A DNA stretch of 64,000 nucleotides from Promethearchaeati archaeon SRVP18_Atabeyarchaeia-1 (GTDB lineage: Archaea > Asgardarchaeota > Atabeyarchaeia > Atabeyarchaeales > Atabeyarchaeaceae): positions 928,001-992,000 of the forward strand of contig CP147779.1 of the NCBI GenBank assembly GCA_037308085.1, written 5' to 3'. The translations under genes were made by a program, and so were the position numbers. How positions within the stretch are numbered: the first letter of the stretch is position 1; the number at the start of each line of letters is the position of its first letter. Positions 30,405-40,968 of the stretch are shown in pieces. The notes under the pieces were generated by a model. It did not search any database, was not told the DNA's origin, and saw only the letters and a list, made by a program, of their open reading frames with translations.

Positions 30405-31517
30405 CTAAGAGCATTTCCCACTTATGTCTATTCTATGGTGGCAGTTAGAACAGTGATTGTCCGTCCTATCGATGTCGTGATATTTCGTGTTCAGTCCGAC
30501 GCGCTCTATTAGAAGTCTCTTACAAACTGGACAGTAGGTATTCTCTCCTACGTGCCCAGGAATATTCCCAACATAAACATACTTCAGACCTACTTCTAGA
30601 CCGATCTCCCTAGCTCTCTCCAGCATATTGACTGGCGTCTGCTCAGGGAGGCCGAATTCCGACGCTCTGTAAGCTGAGTAGTACCTCGTACAATGCCACG
30701 GAACTGTTGACCCCAGCTCATCTTTGATTCTTGTGGCAATTGATCTAAGTGTATTCTCATCGCCGTTGACTTGGGGAATCACCAGCGTGACTATTTCAAC
30801 ATGCCTTCCGCGCCTCTTAACTTCTCTCAGGTTGCGCCACACCAGCTCAACGTTGGCACCGCAGTACTTGCTGACAGCTTCGGCATTCCCCTTCACGTTA
30901 ACACAGAACGCGTCGCAACCGCTTCCGATAATAGCGCTGAGCGCCTCAGGAGTAGAATACAGGTTTGTCACGTAGGTGTTATAGAGACCTGATTGCTTGG
31001 CTATACCCATAACATCAAGAGAGTACTCGAAAAGTGACGTGGTTGGTTCATTGAAGGAGAAGGACGTCCCGCGGCAACCAGATTTCTTAGCCATTCCAAC
31101 GAGTCTCTCAGGGCTAATGTAATTCGCCTTAGAAGGGTCTGGGCGAGCTTTGCTGATGTCCCAGTTCTGACACCAGGGGCACGTGAAGTTGCAGCCGTAA
31201 CTTCCAACAGTCAGCGCTATGCTCCCTGGAGAAAAATGGAAAAACGGTTTCTTTTCAATAGGGTTCTCGCTAATATGTGATATGTCACCATACGTCAAGG
31301 CATAGAGCCTGCCTTCGATATTCAATCTTGCCCTGCAAAAGCCTGTCTTGCCTCTTTCTATCACGCATCTTCGTTCGCAAGTTTCACATTTGACGTCCCC
31401 TCTTGAGAAGGGTTCGTACAGTAGTGCCTCCTTTAACTGACCTTTCCAGAGAAGCTCGCAGTCTGAAGCCAAGTTAACTCGTCCCCTACTTGCGTCTGGA
31501 TCTGTCCTTGAGTTCAT
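30405..31517 (-). CDS. AmmeMemoRadiSam radical SAM enzyme
   Basis: CxxCxRxC, PIEKKPFFHF, GCNFTCPWCQNW, VYVGNIPG...CPxC. Confidence 0.88.
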   Translation of the reverse strand: MNSRTDPDASRGRVNLASDCELLWKGQLKEALLYEPFSRGDVKCETCERRCVIERGKTGFCRARLNIEGRLYALTYGDISHISENPIEKKPFFHFSPGSIALTVGSYGCNFTCPWCQNWDISKARPDPSKANYISPERLVGMAKKSGCRGTSFSFNEPTTSLFEYSLDVMGIAKQSGLYNTYVTNLYSTPEALSAIIGSGCDAFCVNVKGNAEAVSKYCGANVELVWRNLREVKRRGRHVEIVTLVIPQVNGDENTLRSIATRIKDELGSTVPWHCTRYYSAYRASEFGLPEQTPVNMLERAREIGLEVGLKYVYVGNIPGHVGENTYCPVCKRLLIERVGLNTKYHDIDRTDNHCSNCHHRIDISGKCS

Positions 31518-31968
31518 CGACGATCAGCTTCACAACTCTGTCGATGCTATTGTTGACCCCCTTGCTGAGCTCGGTCGAATAAGCCTTCAGTTCAGTAATC
31601 TCAATTCCGTAGATCACGATTTCTCTGGGCATTTCGTCAGGGTACAGGGTCTTTCCTATCTTGATCATCTCGGCTAGCCCAATATCGTGAAGGGACATCG
31701 GATGCAACGAGGTCTTGACCTTCTCTTCTAGGTCGTTTTGGGTAAGCCGGTGTATTCTGCCCGGTTTGGCACCCGCAACTGCATCAATGAACAAGGCGCG
31801 CTCAACACCCTTAATGAAATTAAGAAGCGCTATGCCACCAACCCCACCTTCAATGAGTTCGACCTCATCAGGCAGTTTCTCGAGGCGCAGCCTGTTCAGG
31901 ACGTGGACTCCGACTCCTTCGTCCCCGAGTATTATGTTTCCAATGCCTATGACGACCACACGTTTCAT
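31486..31968 (-). CDS. Hydrogenase maturation protease (HyaD/HycI family)
   Basis: GIGNIILGDEGVG, IDAV, SLHD. Confidence 0.9.
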   Translation of the reverse strand: MKRVVVIGIGNIILGDEGVGVHVLNRLRLEKLPDEVELIEGGVGGIALLNFIKGVERALFIDAVAGAKPGRIHRLTQNDLEEKVKTSLHPMSLHDIGLAEMIKIGKTLYPDEMPREIVIYGIEITELKAYSTELSKGVNNSIDRVVKLIVDELKDRSRRK

Positions 31969-32039
31969 TCCGTCGCATCACCTGTGGAATGGCAGAAACC
32001 CGCTCACTCAAAATAGGGGTTTCAGGCCCCTGCCTGAAA

Positions 32040-33245
32040 CTATCTTCTCCCTACTCTTCTGAAACTAATCACAAGAATAACGAGAAACAACGCAGAGGCG
32101 GCGAATAGTACAATCGTTAAGACACTTGCAATGTTCAGCGCATTGGTAAAGCGGAAAACGAAGTCAATTGCAAAGAAACCTATCAAGAAGATGAATCCCC
32201 AAGGGGAACTTCTCTCACCGGATCTGCGCAGGCCTCTAAACGTCGATAGCAGGAATATGATTGCCACAATCGCCAGACAGACTGGATTGATGTAGTTCAT
32301 GAGTAAGGAATGGGTGAGGTCGCCTCCAGCTGGGGTCCAACCTATCTGAGGAATTGGCAGATAGAGCAGGACACCCAAGTACACGAAGACAAGGAAGATG
32401 GCTGCCTCAAACAGCCATATGAGTTTTGCAGGGGCTCTAGTCGAATACATTCCATACTTCTGGAACTCAAACTCAGCCGCCCCCGCGTAGATGAACCATA
32501 TCAGGGAGCCAACGGCTAGGGCATCGCCCAAGCACAATGAGAATACGTAGATTATGGGGACATTGATCTCCCAAGAGCTCCAAATAAGGCCCAGCGCGTC
32601 AATGTAGGGTGTGATGATGCGGATTAGAAGAATCCCTGGCACACCTATGAAAACAGCCGACAGCAAGATGATGAAGAGGATTTTTCTGCGCCTTCCCCCG
32701 CTTCTGATGTAGTCCCGTCCATAGTATATCCTGCCTACAAGCACGGCGCCGCCGATAACGGCTAAGACTGGTGAAAAGAACGGGAGCGCAAAGAAGACGA
32801 GAATTATCAATGTGTTGAAGCCGTAGAAAGTCCTATACCTTACCGGAATGATCGTCGTCGTCTCGCTCATGTGCTGGATCGCGTCTGCCAACCTGTCTTT
32901 GTTGAGGTAGATGAAGAGGACCCAGGGTATTGAAAAGAATAAGGGTGCCACGAAGAGTCGCGTAGGCCAGTAGAAAATGGAGCTTCCGAGCACGGATCCA
33001 ATCCCCCACAGATCAACAAGCGCACCAAGGGTCCAGAAATAGACAAGTATTCCTATAGTCCCCAACACGACCCCCAATCTAGAATACTGCATGCCCATGT
33101 TTCTATCTACCCACTTGAAGTAGCTCTCTTTTGAGCCAAAACTAGTTGTGTTCAGCAGATATTCTTTTCTCTCGCTAGATACTAATGGGTTCGTATCCAA
33201 GGTCACCTTCAGTCTCTCAGTAAAGCCTGGAAAGGCATCGATCAT
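32040..33245 (-). CDS. Hypothetical multi-pass membrane protein
   Basis: 401 aa with about 10 hydrophobic segments; no recognised motif. Confidence 0.7.
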   Translation of the reverse strand: MIDAFPGFTERLKVTLDTNPLVSSERKEYLLNTTSFGSKESYFKWVDRNMGMQYSRLGVVLGTIGILVYFWTLGALVDLWGIGSVLGSSIFYWPTRLFVAPLFFSIPWVLFIYLNKDRLADAIQHMSETTTIIPVRYRTFYGFNTLIILVFFALPFFSPVLAVIGGAVLVGRIYYGRDYIRSGGRRRKILFIILLSAVFIGVPGILLIRIITPYIDALGLIWSSWEINVPIIYVFSLCLGDALAVGSLIWFIYAGAAEFEFQKYGMYSTRAPAKLIWLFEAAIFLVFVYLGVLLYLPIPQIGWTPAGGDLTHSLLMNYINPVCLAIVAIIFLLSTFRGLRRSGERSSPWGFIFLIGFFAIDFVFRFTNALNIASVLTIVLFAASALFLVILVISFRRVGRR

Positions 33246-33296
33246 ATTCTTTCAAGAAGATAGAATTGACGGGTCGACTAGGAGGCCCAGAGAAAT

Positions 33297-33881
33297 ATGC
33301 CTAACAATGCGAAACTGCATCAACTGGAATGCTTGAACGGTAGACGAATATATCTGAGAACTTTCTCCAAGGATGACCTCCGCCACACCCTGAGGTGGTC
33401 CAGTGATCCTGAAATCAGAAGGTTGATAGGCGAAGTCACTGCCGCGACTCAAGCGGAGGCCAAGAAATGGTACAGAGAGTTGCGCGCTGACAAGGATCGG
33501 ATATGGTTCGCAATCGTACTCAGAGAAAGTGACAGGGTAATAGGAGAGGCCGGACTGCTACGCATGTTCAGACCTTGGCGCTGCACAGACATGACAATAA
33601 TTATCGGGGAGAAAGATACCTGGGGGAACGGTTATGGCAGAGAGGCAGGTCTTCTTCTCCTCGACTACGCCTTCAAGGTGTTAGGCTTCCACAGGATCTC
33701 GATAGGAGTTGTCGGACTCAATGAGCGAGCTCTTCGGTTCTGGGAGAAGCTGGGGTTCAAGAAGGAAGGTATCGAGAGAGATGGATATTTCTGTGATGAC
33801 AAGTACAGCGATTTTGTCATGATGAGTATCCTCGAAAACGAATTTGAAGCACTGGAAAAGCTGAGACAGCCCTCCACTTGA
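33297..33881 (+). CDS. GNAT N-acetyltransferase (RimJ/RimL type)
   Basis: WGNGYGREA, N.RA.RFWEKLGF..EG. Confidence 0.88.
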   Translation: MPNNAKLHQLECLNGRRIYLRTFSKDDLRHTLRWSSDPEIRRLIGEVTAATQAEAKKWYRELRADKDRIWFAIVLRESDRVIGEAGLLRMFRPWRCTDMTIIIGEKDTWGNGYGREAGLLLLDYAFKVLGFHRISIGVVGLNERALRFWEKLGFKKEGIERDGYFCDDKYSDFVMMSILENEFEALEKLRQPST

Positions 33882-33971
33882 CCTGCTATCCTGAGTGTGA
33901 GAAGCTTAAAAAGGAAAAATACATGAGAAATCTAATTAACCAATAACAAGCAGACGGGGTTTAGGTGTCTT

Positions 33972-34301
33972 ATGTCCCAAGTAGTTCCCATAACCGAATT
34001 CCAGAAGCTCGATATAAGAGTCGGCAAGGTCACGAAGGCGGAGAGAATTGCATCCTCAAAGAAACTAGTCAAACTGAAAGTCGACATAGGAAATGAGACG
34101 CGAGAGATAGTTGCAGGAGTAGCGGAGTTCTACAGCCCAGAAGATCTTCAAGACAAGAACCTCATAATTCTGACGAACTTGGAACCAAGGAAGGTCATGG
34201 GTGTCCAAAGCCAAGGCATGATACTCGCTGCTGATGTCAGTGGAAGGCCGTATGTGATCTTCGCTGAACCGTCAATCCCTCCGGGCGCCAAGGTTCGCTG
34301 A
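33972..34301 (+). CDS. tRNA-binding OB protein (MetRS C-terminal/CsaA/Trbp111-like)
   Basis: F.KLDIRVG, NLEPRK.MGV.SQGM. Confidence 0.88.
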   Translation: MSQVVPITEFQKLDIRVGKVTKAERIASSKKLVKLKVDIGNETREIVAGVAEFYSPEDLQDKNLIILTNLEPRKVMGVQSQGMILAADVSGRPYVIFAEPSIPPGAKVR

Positions 34302-35129
34302 AAGATGAGCCTCTTTGCGCCTGTTGAGATTTGTCAGTATGTTCCTGCAGAGGTAAGCGTTCGCTGCTGCGATAAATGATAGCCTAGAGGTTGGCAACAA
34401 CTCAGCATCTACCTCGGCTCCTTTTTCATTCACAATTACTCCGCCAGCTTCCTTGAGGATCAGGTACGCTGCGGCGATGTCGGTGACCCTGCCTACTCCC
34501 CTTAGATCCACGAAGGCATCATATTTCCCTGATGCTACGAAGCACATTTCCAAAGCGTTTGTGCCAAGGTGTCTCTTCCTTTTAGCTATGTTAAGGATAC
34601 CCATGATATTCTTGGTATAGCTTCGCAAGTCTACTATGTTAAGGTCTATTCCAATCGTGCTGTCTGAAAGCCTTTTGCTCTTTGAGGGCGTTATTGTCTG
34701 CCCGTCAAGCTTTGCTCCTTTGTGTAGCTCGGCCTCGTAGATGATTCCGCCGGGTAGGTCAGCTACGAGAGCCTCATTCACATCAATTAGGCGGTTGCCG
34801 TCGGCGAACGCCACTGAAAACGAGTATCCGCGGATCCCGACTATCGCATTGTAGCTTCCGTCAATCGGATCCAGAACTATCCTTTCGTTCTTCGCTTCTC
34901 CATAGTCTTTCATTCCCAGCTCTTCGCTTATCAGCGTGAATGGCTTGCCATGTTGCCGGAGGACTTCGATTGCAGCCTTCTCAGCTACCGCGTCTATCCT
35001 TCTGGTAACGTCTCCGTCCCCCCTGACGGTTAGCGGCTCGGCGGCCCTCCGGGTTCCGACAAGGGGTTCAATGGCGTCCCTCACTGCCTTCGATGCCTCT
35101 TTGAATGATGGGAGCCAGCCACTTGTCAA
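34272..35129 (-). CDS. suhB: Bifunctional FBPase/inositol monophosphatase
   Basis: SEE, LDPIDGS.NA, DIAAA.LI..EAGG. Confidence 0.85.
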   Translation of the reverse strand: MTSGWLPSFKEASKAVRDAIEPLVGTRRAAEPLTVRGDGDVTRRIDAVAEKAAIEVLRQHGKPFTLISEELGMKDYGEAKNERIVLDPIDGSYNAIVGIRGYSFSVAFADGNRLIDVNEALVADLPGGIIYEAELHKGAKLDGQTITPSKSKRLSDSTIGIDLNIVDLRSYTKNIMGILNIAKRKRHLGTNALEMCFVASGKYDAFVDLRGVGRVTDIAAAYLILKEAGGVIVNEKGAEVDAELLPTSRLSFIAAANAYLCRNILTNLNRRKEAHLSANLGARRD

Positions 35130-35265
35130 GATTTGGTCAACTCCAGATCGCGACTGATAGAAGATAGGGGCACATGATTCAGATTGAAGTAGATCGTTCA
35201 GCCTAATAATACGGCTTGTAGTTATTTATAGTGAGGAGCCCTAAAGAAGAGTGGGTGATGCTCCC

Positions 35266-36078
35266 ATGAGTAAAAGGCCGACTAGTTTCAAAGAAGTTAT
35301 GGAGGCAAGCTCGCTTTCGCGTGGAACTAGAGTGGTTTTGGCTCTCGACATATCCGCCAGGCTTCCCAAGGACGGTATGGAGAAGGTTCGCAATGAGCTG
35401 CTGAATAAGGCTTCAAGTACTTTGGATGCCGCAAACAAACACATTGCAGCGCTTAAGATCAATCACCAGCTCGTATTGCCGTTGGGTCTCTACGATATGA
35501 TGCAGGTTATTATTAAGAAGGCGAAGAAATACGGGCTACCGTTGATAATGGACTGCAAAGCCAATGATGTCGAACACACGAACAGGTGGATTGCCCTCCA
35601 CTATTTTGACGCGGGATTCGACGCGATCATAGCGAATCCCTTCGTTGGATGGGAAGGTGGAATAGAGCCGATCATGAGTGAGTCTAAGGTGGAAGGAAAA
35701 GGAGTGATCCTGTTGACCTATATGTCCCACAAGGGAGCAACCGAGGGATATGGTCAGCGAGTGCTGACAGCGGATTCAGCGAAACCAAGACCACAGTACA
35801 TGCTCTTCGCAGAGAAAGCCGTCAAGTGGGGAGCCGATGGTGTCGTGGTCGGAGCCACCTATCCTGAGAGGATTAGAGAAGTCCATGAAGTAACAAAAGG
35901 CAGAGTCCCTATATACTCACCGGGAATAGGCGCCCAGGGCGGCGAAATAGATGCAGCGTTCAAGGCTGGGTGCGAGTACGCGATAATAGGCAGGTCGATA
36001 TATGAGTCTGATAGCCCAGAGAATGCGGCAGCCGAAATCAAAGACAAGATAAACGGGGTACTATCCAAGCTCAAATGA
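35266..36078 (+). CDS. pyrF: Orotidine-5'-phosphate decarboxylase
   Basis: LALD, DCKANDV, SPGIGAQGG, IGRSIY. Confidence 0.92.
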   Translation: MSKRPTSFKEVMEASSLSRGTRVVLALDISARLPKDGMEKVRNELLNKASSTLDAANKHIAALKINHQLVLPLGLYDMMQVIIKKAKKYGLPLIMDCKANDVEHTNRWIALHYFDAGFDAIIANPFVGWEGGIEPIMSESKVEGKGVILLTYMSHKGATEGYGQRVLTADSAKPRPQYMLFAEKAVKWGADGVVVGATYPERIREVHEVTKGRVPIYSPGIGAQGGEIDAAFKAGCEYAIIGRSIYESDSPENAAAEIKDKINGVLSKLK

Positions 36079-36164
36079 CCGGTGTCGGGTCTTCACCCAA
36101 TCAATCTAATCAAATTGCGTTCTGGGTTTTCCTAAACGCCATGATATAGAAAACTAGTTCTAGG

Positions 36165-36256
36165 AGCTGGGAGCAGGAATCGAACCTGCGTGAACGGGTT
36201 TCTATCAGCTCTTAGTTCCTCTGCAGCCCGTTGCCTCTCTCCTAGGCTATCCCAGC
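36165..36256 (-). tRNA. tRNA-Cys(GCA) with a 21-nt intron at 37/38 (36200-36220)
   Basis: Acceptor GCTGGGA/TCCCAGC, U73, anticodon stem ACGGG/CCCGT around CT-GCA-G, T arm GCAGG-TTCGATT-CCTGC. Confidence 0.92.
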
Positions 36257-36446
36257 TCACACAAGGGGGAATCGCTGATGAGTCCGGTACCAAGCACATA
36301 TCCAAGACCTGTTCTTTAAAGTTTTGTCGAGCATGTGAGGACAGACTGAAAACTCTAATAATTGAAGAATTATAGTGTCATTAGAGCAGCCCTTAGGCTG
36401 GCAGGTGCCATTGTTTATTCGATGGCAGTAGCGAGGTAGTTCTCCA

Positions 36447-37685
36447 TTGTGGTTCGATTCAATTGATCTTGATCGATACAGGAACCTCCACAGAAGGATT
36501 AGTGGAAACCTCATCAACGTCAACCCGATTCAAACGGGTGGCGTCATACCCCTTGAGGCACGGAAAGCGTTACAGGAATTTCTGGATGGCTACTCTGTAT
36601 GCGATTTTTGCAGTGTGCCTGGCGGTGGAAGGCTTGACTCAATCAAGGACCCTCCTATCAGCAATTTCATGATCGATTTGGCGAAGTTTGTAGATATGGA
36701 CGAAGTTCGCGTTGTTCACGGGGCAAGGGAGGGGATATTCGCGGTAATGCATTCAATCGCAAGACCAGGTGAAACAGTAGTCGTCGATAGTCTCGCTCAC
36801 TATACGACCTACGTTGCCGCCGAAAATGCGGGGCTTAACGTTGTAGAGGTGCCGCATAGCGGTCCTCCATTCTTCCGGCTCACATCAGAAGGTTTCGCCG
36901 AGAAGGTAGAGGAAGTAAGGCAGACAACTGGCAGGAACCCTTCCTTAATTGTGCTCTCCCACGTCGACTACGAATATGGCAACCTAGCAGATGCTGGCGG
37001 TATTGGCAGAACCGCAAGAAAGTATGGCATACCATTCCTTCTAAACTGCGCTTACACCGTTGGAAGAATGCCCGTCTCTGGTCGCCAGCTCCAAGCAGAT
37101 TTCCTGGTCGCGTCGGCACACAAATCCATGGCCACTTGTGGTCCTGCCGGTCTCTTGGCAGCCACGTCTGACTTCGCAAAGCGAACCTTCAGAAGATCCA
37201 CAAATACAGGCACCTGGTCTGGGAAGAAACTTGGTAAGAAAGACGTTGAATTCCTAGGTTGCACTTTAAGGGGTCTTCCAGTGGTTTCGATGATGGCGAG
37301 CTTTCCTCATGTAGTTGAACGAGTGAGGAAATGGGAGGATGAAGTCAACAAAGCTAGATGGTTCGCCAGTCAGCTTGAGAGGATTGAAGGAATCAAACAA
37401 CTCGGCGATAAACCACACAACCATGACATCACCTTCTACGATTCTCCCCCCTTGGCGAAAATAGCTGAAAAACACAAGAGAAAAGGTTTCTTCCTCTACG
37501 ATGAACTTAAGGAGAAAGGCATTATGGGTCTTGAGCCTGGGCTCTCAAAGTCCTTCCACCTCAGCACGTACATGCTGACATGGGATCAGGTCAGGAGTGT
37601 CGCCGATGCCTTCAGATTCGTAGCCGAGAAGTACTCCATGCCTCACGAGAGAGAGAACATCAAGTCTCAATTGTTGTCAAACTAG
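36447..37685 (+). CDS. pscS: Sep-tRNA:Cys-tRNA synthase (SepCysS)
   Basis: NPIQTGG, DGYSVCDFC, GAREG, AHYT, LNCAY, SAHKS, LGCT. Confidence 0.92.
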   Translation: MWFDSIDLDRYRNLHRRISGNLINVNPIQTGGVIPLEARKALQEFLDGYSVCDFCSVPGGGRLDSIKDPPISNFMIDLAKFVDMDEVRVVHGAREGIFAVMHSIARPGETVVVDSLAHYTTYVAAENAGLNVVEVPHSGPPFFRLTSEGFAEKVEEVRQTTGRNPSLIVLSHVDYEYGNLADAGGIGRTARKYGIPFLLNCAYTVGRMPVSGRQLQADFLVASAHKSMATCGPAGLLAATSDFAKRTFRRSTNTGTWSGKKLGKKDVEFLGCTLRGLPVVSMMASFPHVVERVRKWEDEVNKARWFASQLERIEGIKQLGDKPHNHDITFYDSPPLAKIAEKHKRKGFFLYDELKEKGIMGLEPGLSKSFHLSTYMLTWDQVRSVADAFRFVAEKYSMPHERENIKSQLLSN

Positions 37686-37735
37686 GTCGAAAGGTTATGA
37701 AAACGAGAGCGTGCTAGCCTGATCTTGACCCGCAA

Positions 37736-37900
37736 TCATTGTATTCCTTTTGGCTTACCTCTCACCCACAGCTCCTTCTTCAACATGTCTCTGATGGCGA
37801 CCCTCATTGCCTCACTGCGATTAGGATAGATTCCTGCGCTGACCAACTGATCGATACCGGTAAGGTAAACCTCAGGCAGTTTGACCGTAATCAACTTCAA
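37736..37900 (-). CDS. Ribbon-helix-helix (CopG family) regulator
   Basis: ITVKLPE..L..ID.LV..G.YPNRSEA.R.AIRD; TTG start. Confidence 0.88.
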   Translation of the reverse strand: MKLITVKLPEVYLTGIDQLVSAGIYPNRSEAMRVAIRDMLKKELWVRGKPKGIQ

Positions 37901-38125
37901 AAGGACAACATCCCCCATCACGGAAGAAGGGTAATACCACCGTAACACACGAGAACAGATGCCATTTTTCCATAATAAGATTTTCCTATGGAGCCAGCGG
38001 GAACAAACGGAAGAACAAGGTGTGGAGGCAAAGCTGGTGAATAGTGGAGTAGGATTAATAACATGGCTCCATAATATAGTAGCTTGTTTCTCTCGCAAAC
38101 CTGTACTATACGAGGGCGGAACCAA

Positions 38126-38944
38126 ATGACTGCAAGTTCGGAGAGGGTTGGATACTTCAAGACTGGCATCAAAGCCTTGGATCTTTCCCTTCCAGAGGGT
38201 ATTCCGCGCAATAGTTTTGTGCTGGTTAGTGGCGAAGGGGGAACGGGAAAATCAGTCTTGCTGACACAGTTGATTTATGAACGTCTCAAGCAAGGGGAAC
38301 CTTGTATCCTGCTTTGTCTGGACGACTCTCCGCGAGGATTCATGCAACAGCTAACAAGTTTCGGCTGGTTTCCAGAGCCATTTCTAGAGAAGAACCTGCT
38401 TCACTTCATCGACTGCTACTCTTACAGGATGAATCCAGATGAATCATCAATACCCAGCTACACAACGTACATCAAGGCACCAACAGATCTCGACAACCTC
38501 CAAGCTAACGTAGCTGACGCAGTTGACAAACTTGGTATGCACAATCGTGGTGCGGTCTTCATCGACTCTATAACTGAACTCTGGTTCCTTAACCTGAAAG
38601 AACCCTATGCAACCGTCGAGTATGTGAAAACATGGAGAGCAGAATTCTCAAAGGAGCGCCTAGTCCCGGTCTTCTGCTCTCATCACTACGGACTCAAAGT
38701 CTTCGAAGTCTACGAAGAACTGTTGGAGTATATTGTCGACGGCGTAGTGGATCTACGTTACGAACCCAACCTGATGAAGATTGGAATGCTAGTCAAGCAA
38801 CTAAGAATCAGAAAGTTGAAGGGTGTGCACCACGACTCCAACTGGGTCACTTTTACCGTCTCTGGCGAAGGAATAGACCTGCTGAAGCTAAGATCGAGAC
38901 CACCGAAGAAACAAGAGCGCGAAGAGTCAACCGCCGCCGAATAG
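38126..38944 (+). CDS. KaiC/RAD55-family ATPase
   Basis: TGI..LD, GEGGTGKS, FIDS, VDGVV.L, LRIRKLKG. Confidence 0.85.
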   Translation: MTASSERVGYFKTGIKALDLSLPEGIPRNSFVLVSGEGGTGKSVLLTQLIYERLKQGEPCILLCLDDSPRGFMQQLTSFGWFPEPFLEKNLLHFIDCYSYRMNPDESSIPSYTTYIKAPTDLDNLQANVADAVDKLGMHNRGAVFIDSITELWFLNLKEPYATVEYVKTWRAEFSKERLVPVFCSHHYGLKVFEVYEELLEYIVDGVVDLRYEPNLMKIGMLVKQLRIRKLKGVHHDSNWVTFTVSGEGIDLLKLRSRPPKKQEREESTAAE

Positions 38945-39237
38945 ATTCTGTAGCTTGCCCTTCCAGTTCTCGTAAAGAGGATGGCTTGTTAGATACCCAT
39001 CGGCGAACGAACGAGGCATCGTCTTCTACTTCTGGCTGTAACGACGAGATGTTACAGATTTCATACTCACCATAAGATAACAGATATGGAAATTCATTTA
39101 TATCCGCAAAAGACTCAATGCCTAAAGTCAAGAATGCCGGAAAACTGGGTTCCACAAGTCGCTGGAGCCTCTACGATGAGGTTCCGGAAGACGAGACTTG
39201 TAGGGAGCATAGCAGTTATCAAAAGAGATGAAGAAAA

Positions 39238-40776
39238 ATGTCGTGTTCAGGCGGCTACTCACTTCCATATACTACAAAAAGCATATGCCCTGAGTGCCTC
39301 AAGGTAATCGACGCGGAAATAAAAGAAGAAGACGGAAAAGTAATCATTGAGAAGACATGCAAGAAACATGGAACCTTCACTGATACGTACTGGGGAGACG
39401 CTGACTATTTCAGGAGAGCCACTTGTGATGACTACGTTGGTGCTGGAGTAAAGAATCCTAGAACGAAGGAGAAGCTAGGATGCCCCTATGACTGCGGGCT
39501 GTGTCCTAACCATAAATCTCACACAGCGCTGGCACTCATCGATGTCACTAACAGGTGCAACCTTCGCTGCCCAATCTGCTTTGCCAATGCTGCTACTTCG
39601 GGTTACGTCTACGAACCTACAATAGAAGAAATACGCGGCATACTCGTTAACTTCAAGAGTAATATGCCTGTTCCAGCGCCGGCTGTTCAGTTCGCAGGCG
39701 GAGAGCCAACTATAAGAAAAGACTTCCCTGACATCGTTAGAACTGCAAGGGAAGTTGGATTCACTCACGTCGAGGCTGCAACGAACGGATTAAGGATTGC
39801 CCAAGACCTCGAATTTGCAAAGGCGATAAAAGATGCGGGCATGAGTACTCTTTACCTGCAATTTGATGGTGTGACGCCAGAACCATACATAGCTGCGCGT
39901 GGAAGAAACCTGCTGCCGCAGAAGATGAAAACTCTTGAGAATTGCAGGAAAGCAGGTCTGCACAGCATCGTCCTAGTTCCCACAGTTGTAAGAGGAGTCA
40001 ATGACAACCAGATCGGAGACATCATACGCTTCGCCATCAAGAACAAAGACATCGTCAGAGGGATAAACTTCCAGCCTGTCTCAATAACGGGTCGTATCGA
40101 CAAGGACGAACGAGGGAAGATGAGAATAACAATACCCGACGTGGTCAAGCTCATGGAAAAGCAGACAAACGGAATGATAAAGGAAGGAGACTTCTATGCC
40201 TGCTGCTCAACAGTTCCACTCAGTAGGGTTCTCGGACCACTGACAGGAAAACCCGGAGTTGAGTTCTCATGTCACCCAGCATGCGGAGTTGCAACATACC
40301 TCTTCATAGAAGAAGACGGAACTGTGAACCCCATAACCCACTACGTTGACTATCAAGGTCTAATCAGAGAACTGGGCGAACGGCAGAAAGCAGGGACACT
40401 CGAAGGGCAGCTTCTGGACGTTGTTGAGAAGTACGTCAAAGACGAGAGCATCGTTGACATGCTACAGACACTCTTCACAGAGCCCTCCTACGAGGCGCTT
40501 GGAAAGTACAGCAGATCGTCTATTCTCGTTGGCTCAATGCACTTCCAGGATCCATACAACTTCGACCTTGCCAGAGTCAGTAGATGCTGCATCCACTATG
40601 GCGTTCCTGCCAAGAAGGGAGTTCCAGGACCAATAATCCCGTTCTGCTCCTATAACTCGATACACCGCCCAGTGGTTGAAAAAGCTCTGGGGATACCGCT
40701 TGACAAGTGGGCCAAGGGCCACCAAGGCGTAACAATCGGCCCGAAGGAAGTTGGCGGTATCGTAGAGAAAGCGTAA
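39238..40776 (+). CDS. tes: Tetraether lipid synthase (radical SAM, GDGT-MAS)
   Basis: N-terminal SICPEC...C.KHG, CPYDCGLC..H, TNRCNLRCPICFA, CHPACG, RCCIHY, IPFC. Confidence 0.85.
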   Translation: MSCSGGYSLPYTTKSICPECLKVIDAEIKEEDGKVIIEKTCKKHGTFTDTYWGDADYFRRATCDDYVGAGVKNPRTKEKLGCPYDCGLCPNHKSHTALALIDVTNRCNLRCPICFANAATSGYVYEPTIEEIRGILVNFKSNMPVPAPAVQFAGGEPTIRKDFPDIVRTAREVGFTHVEAATNGLRIAQDLEFAKAIKDAGMSTLYLQFDGVTPEPYIAARGRNLLPQKMKTLENCRKAGLHSIVLVPTVVRGVNDNQIGDIIRFAIKNKDIVRGINFQPVSITGRIDKDERGKMRITIPDVVKLMEKQTNGMIKEGDFYACCSTVPLSRVLGPLTGKPGVEFSCHPACGVATYLFIEEDGTVNPITHYVDYQGLIRELGERQKAGTLEGQLLDVVEKYVKDESIVDMLQTLFTEPSYEALGKYSRSSILVGSMHFQDPYNFDLARVSRCCIHYGVPAKKGVPGPIIPFCSYNSIHRPVVEKALGIPLDKWAKGHQGVTIGPKEVGGIVEKA

Positions 40777-40968
40777 ACTCTGGGGAAGGCGCTGATCCGC
40801 CGCACCCCTTTCTTGTTTTTCGGGGCATGCTCTCAAGAGTATTGAAGGCATGATTTCTAGGTCGGACAACGTCGTCGTTCCATACCTAGCAAATAGTATA
40901 TCTATCGTAAGCGCATAAAGAATTCGATCCGCTCTCTTCCCACAGAAAAGGAGGGTGTAGTTCAAGTT

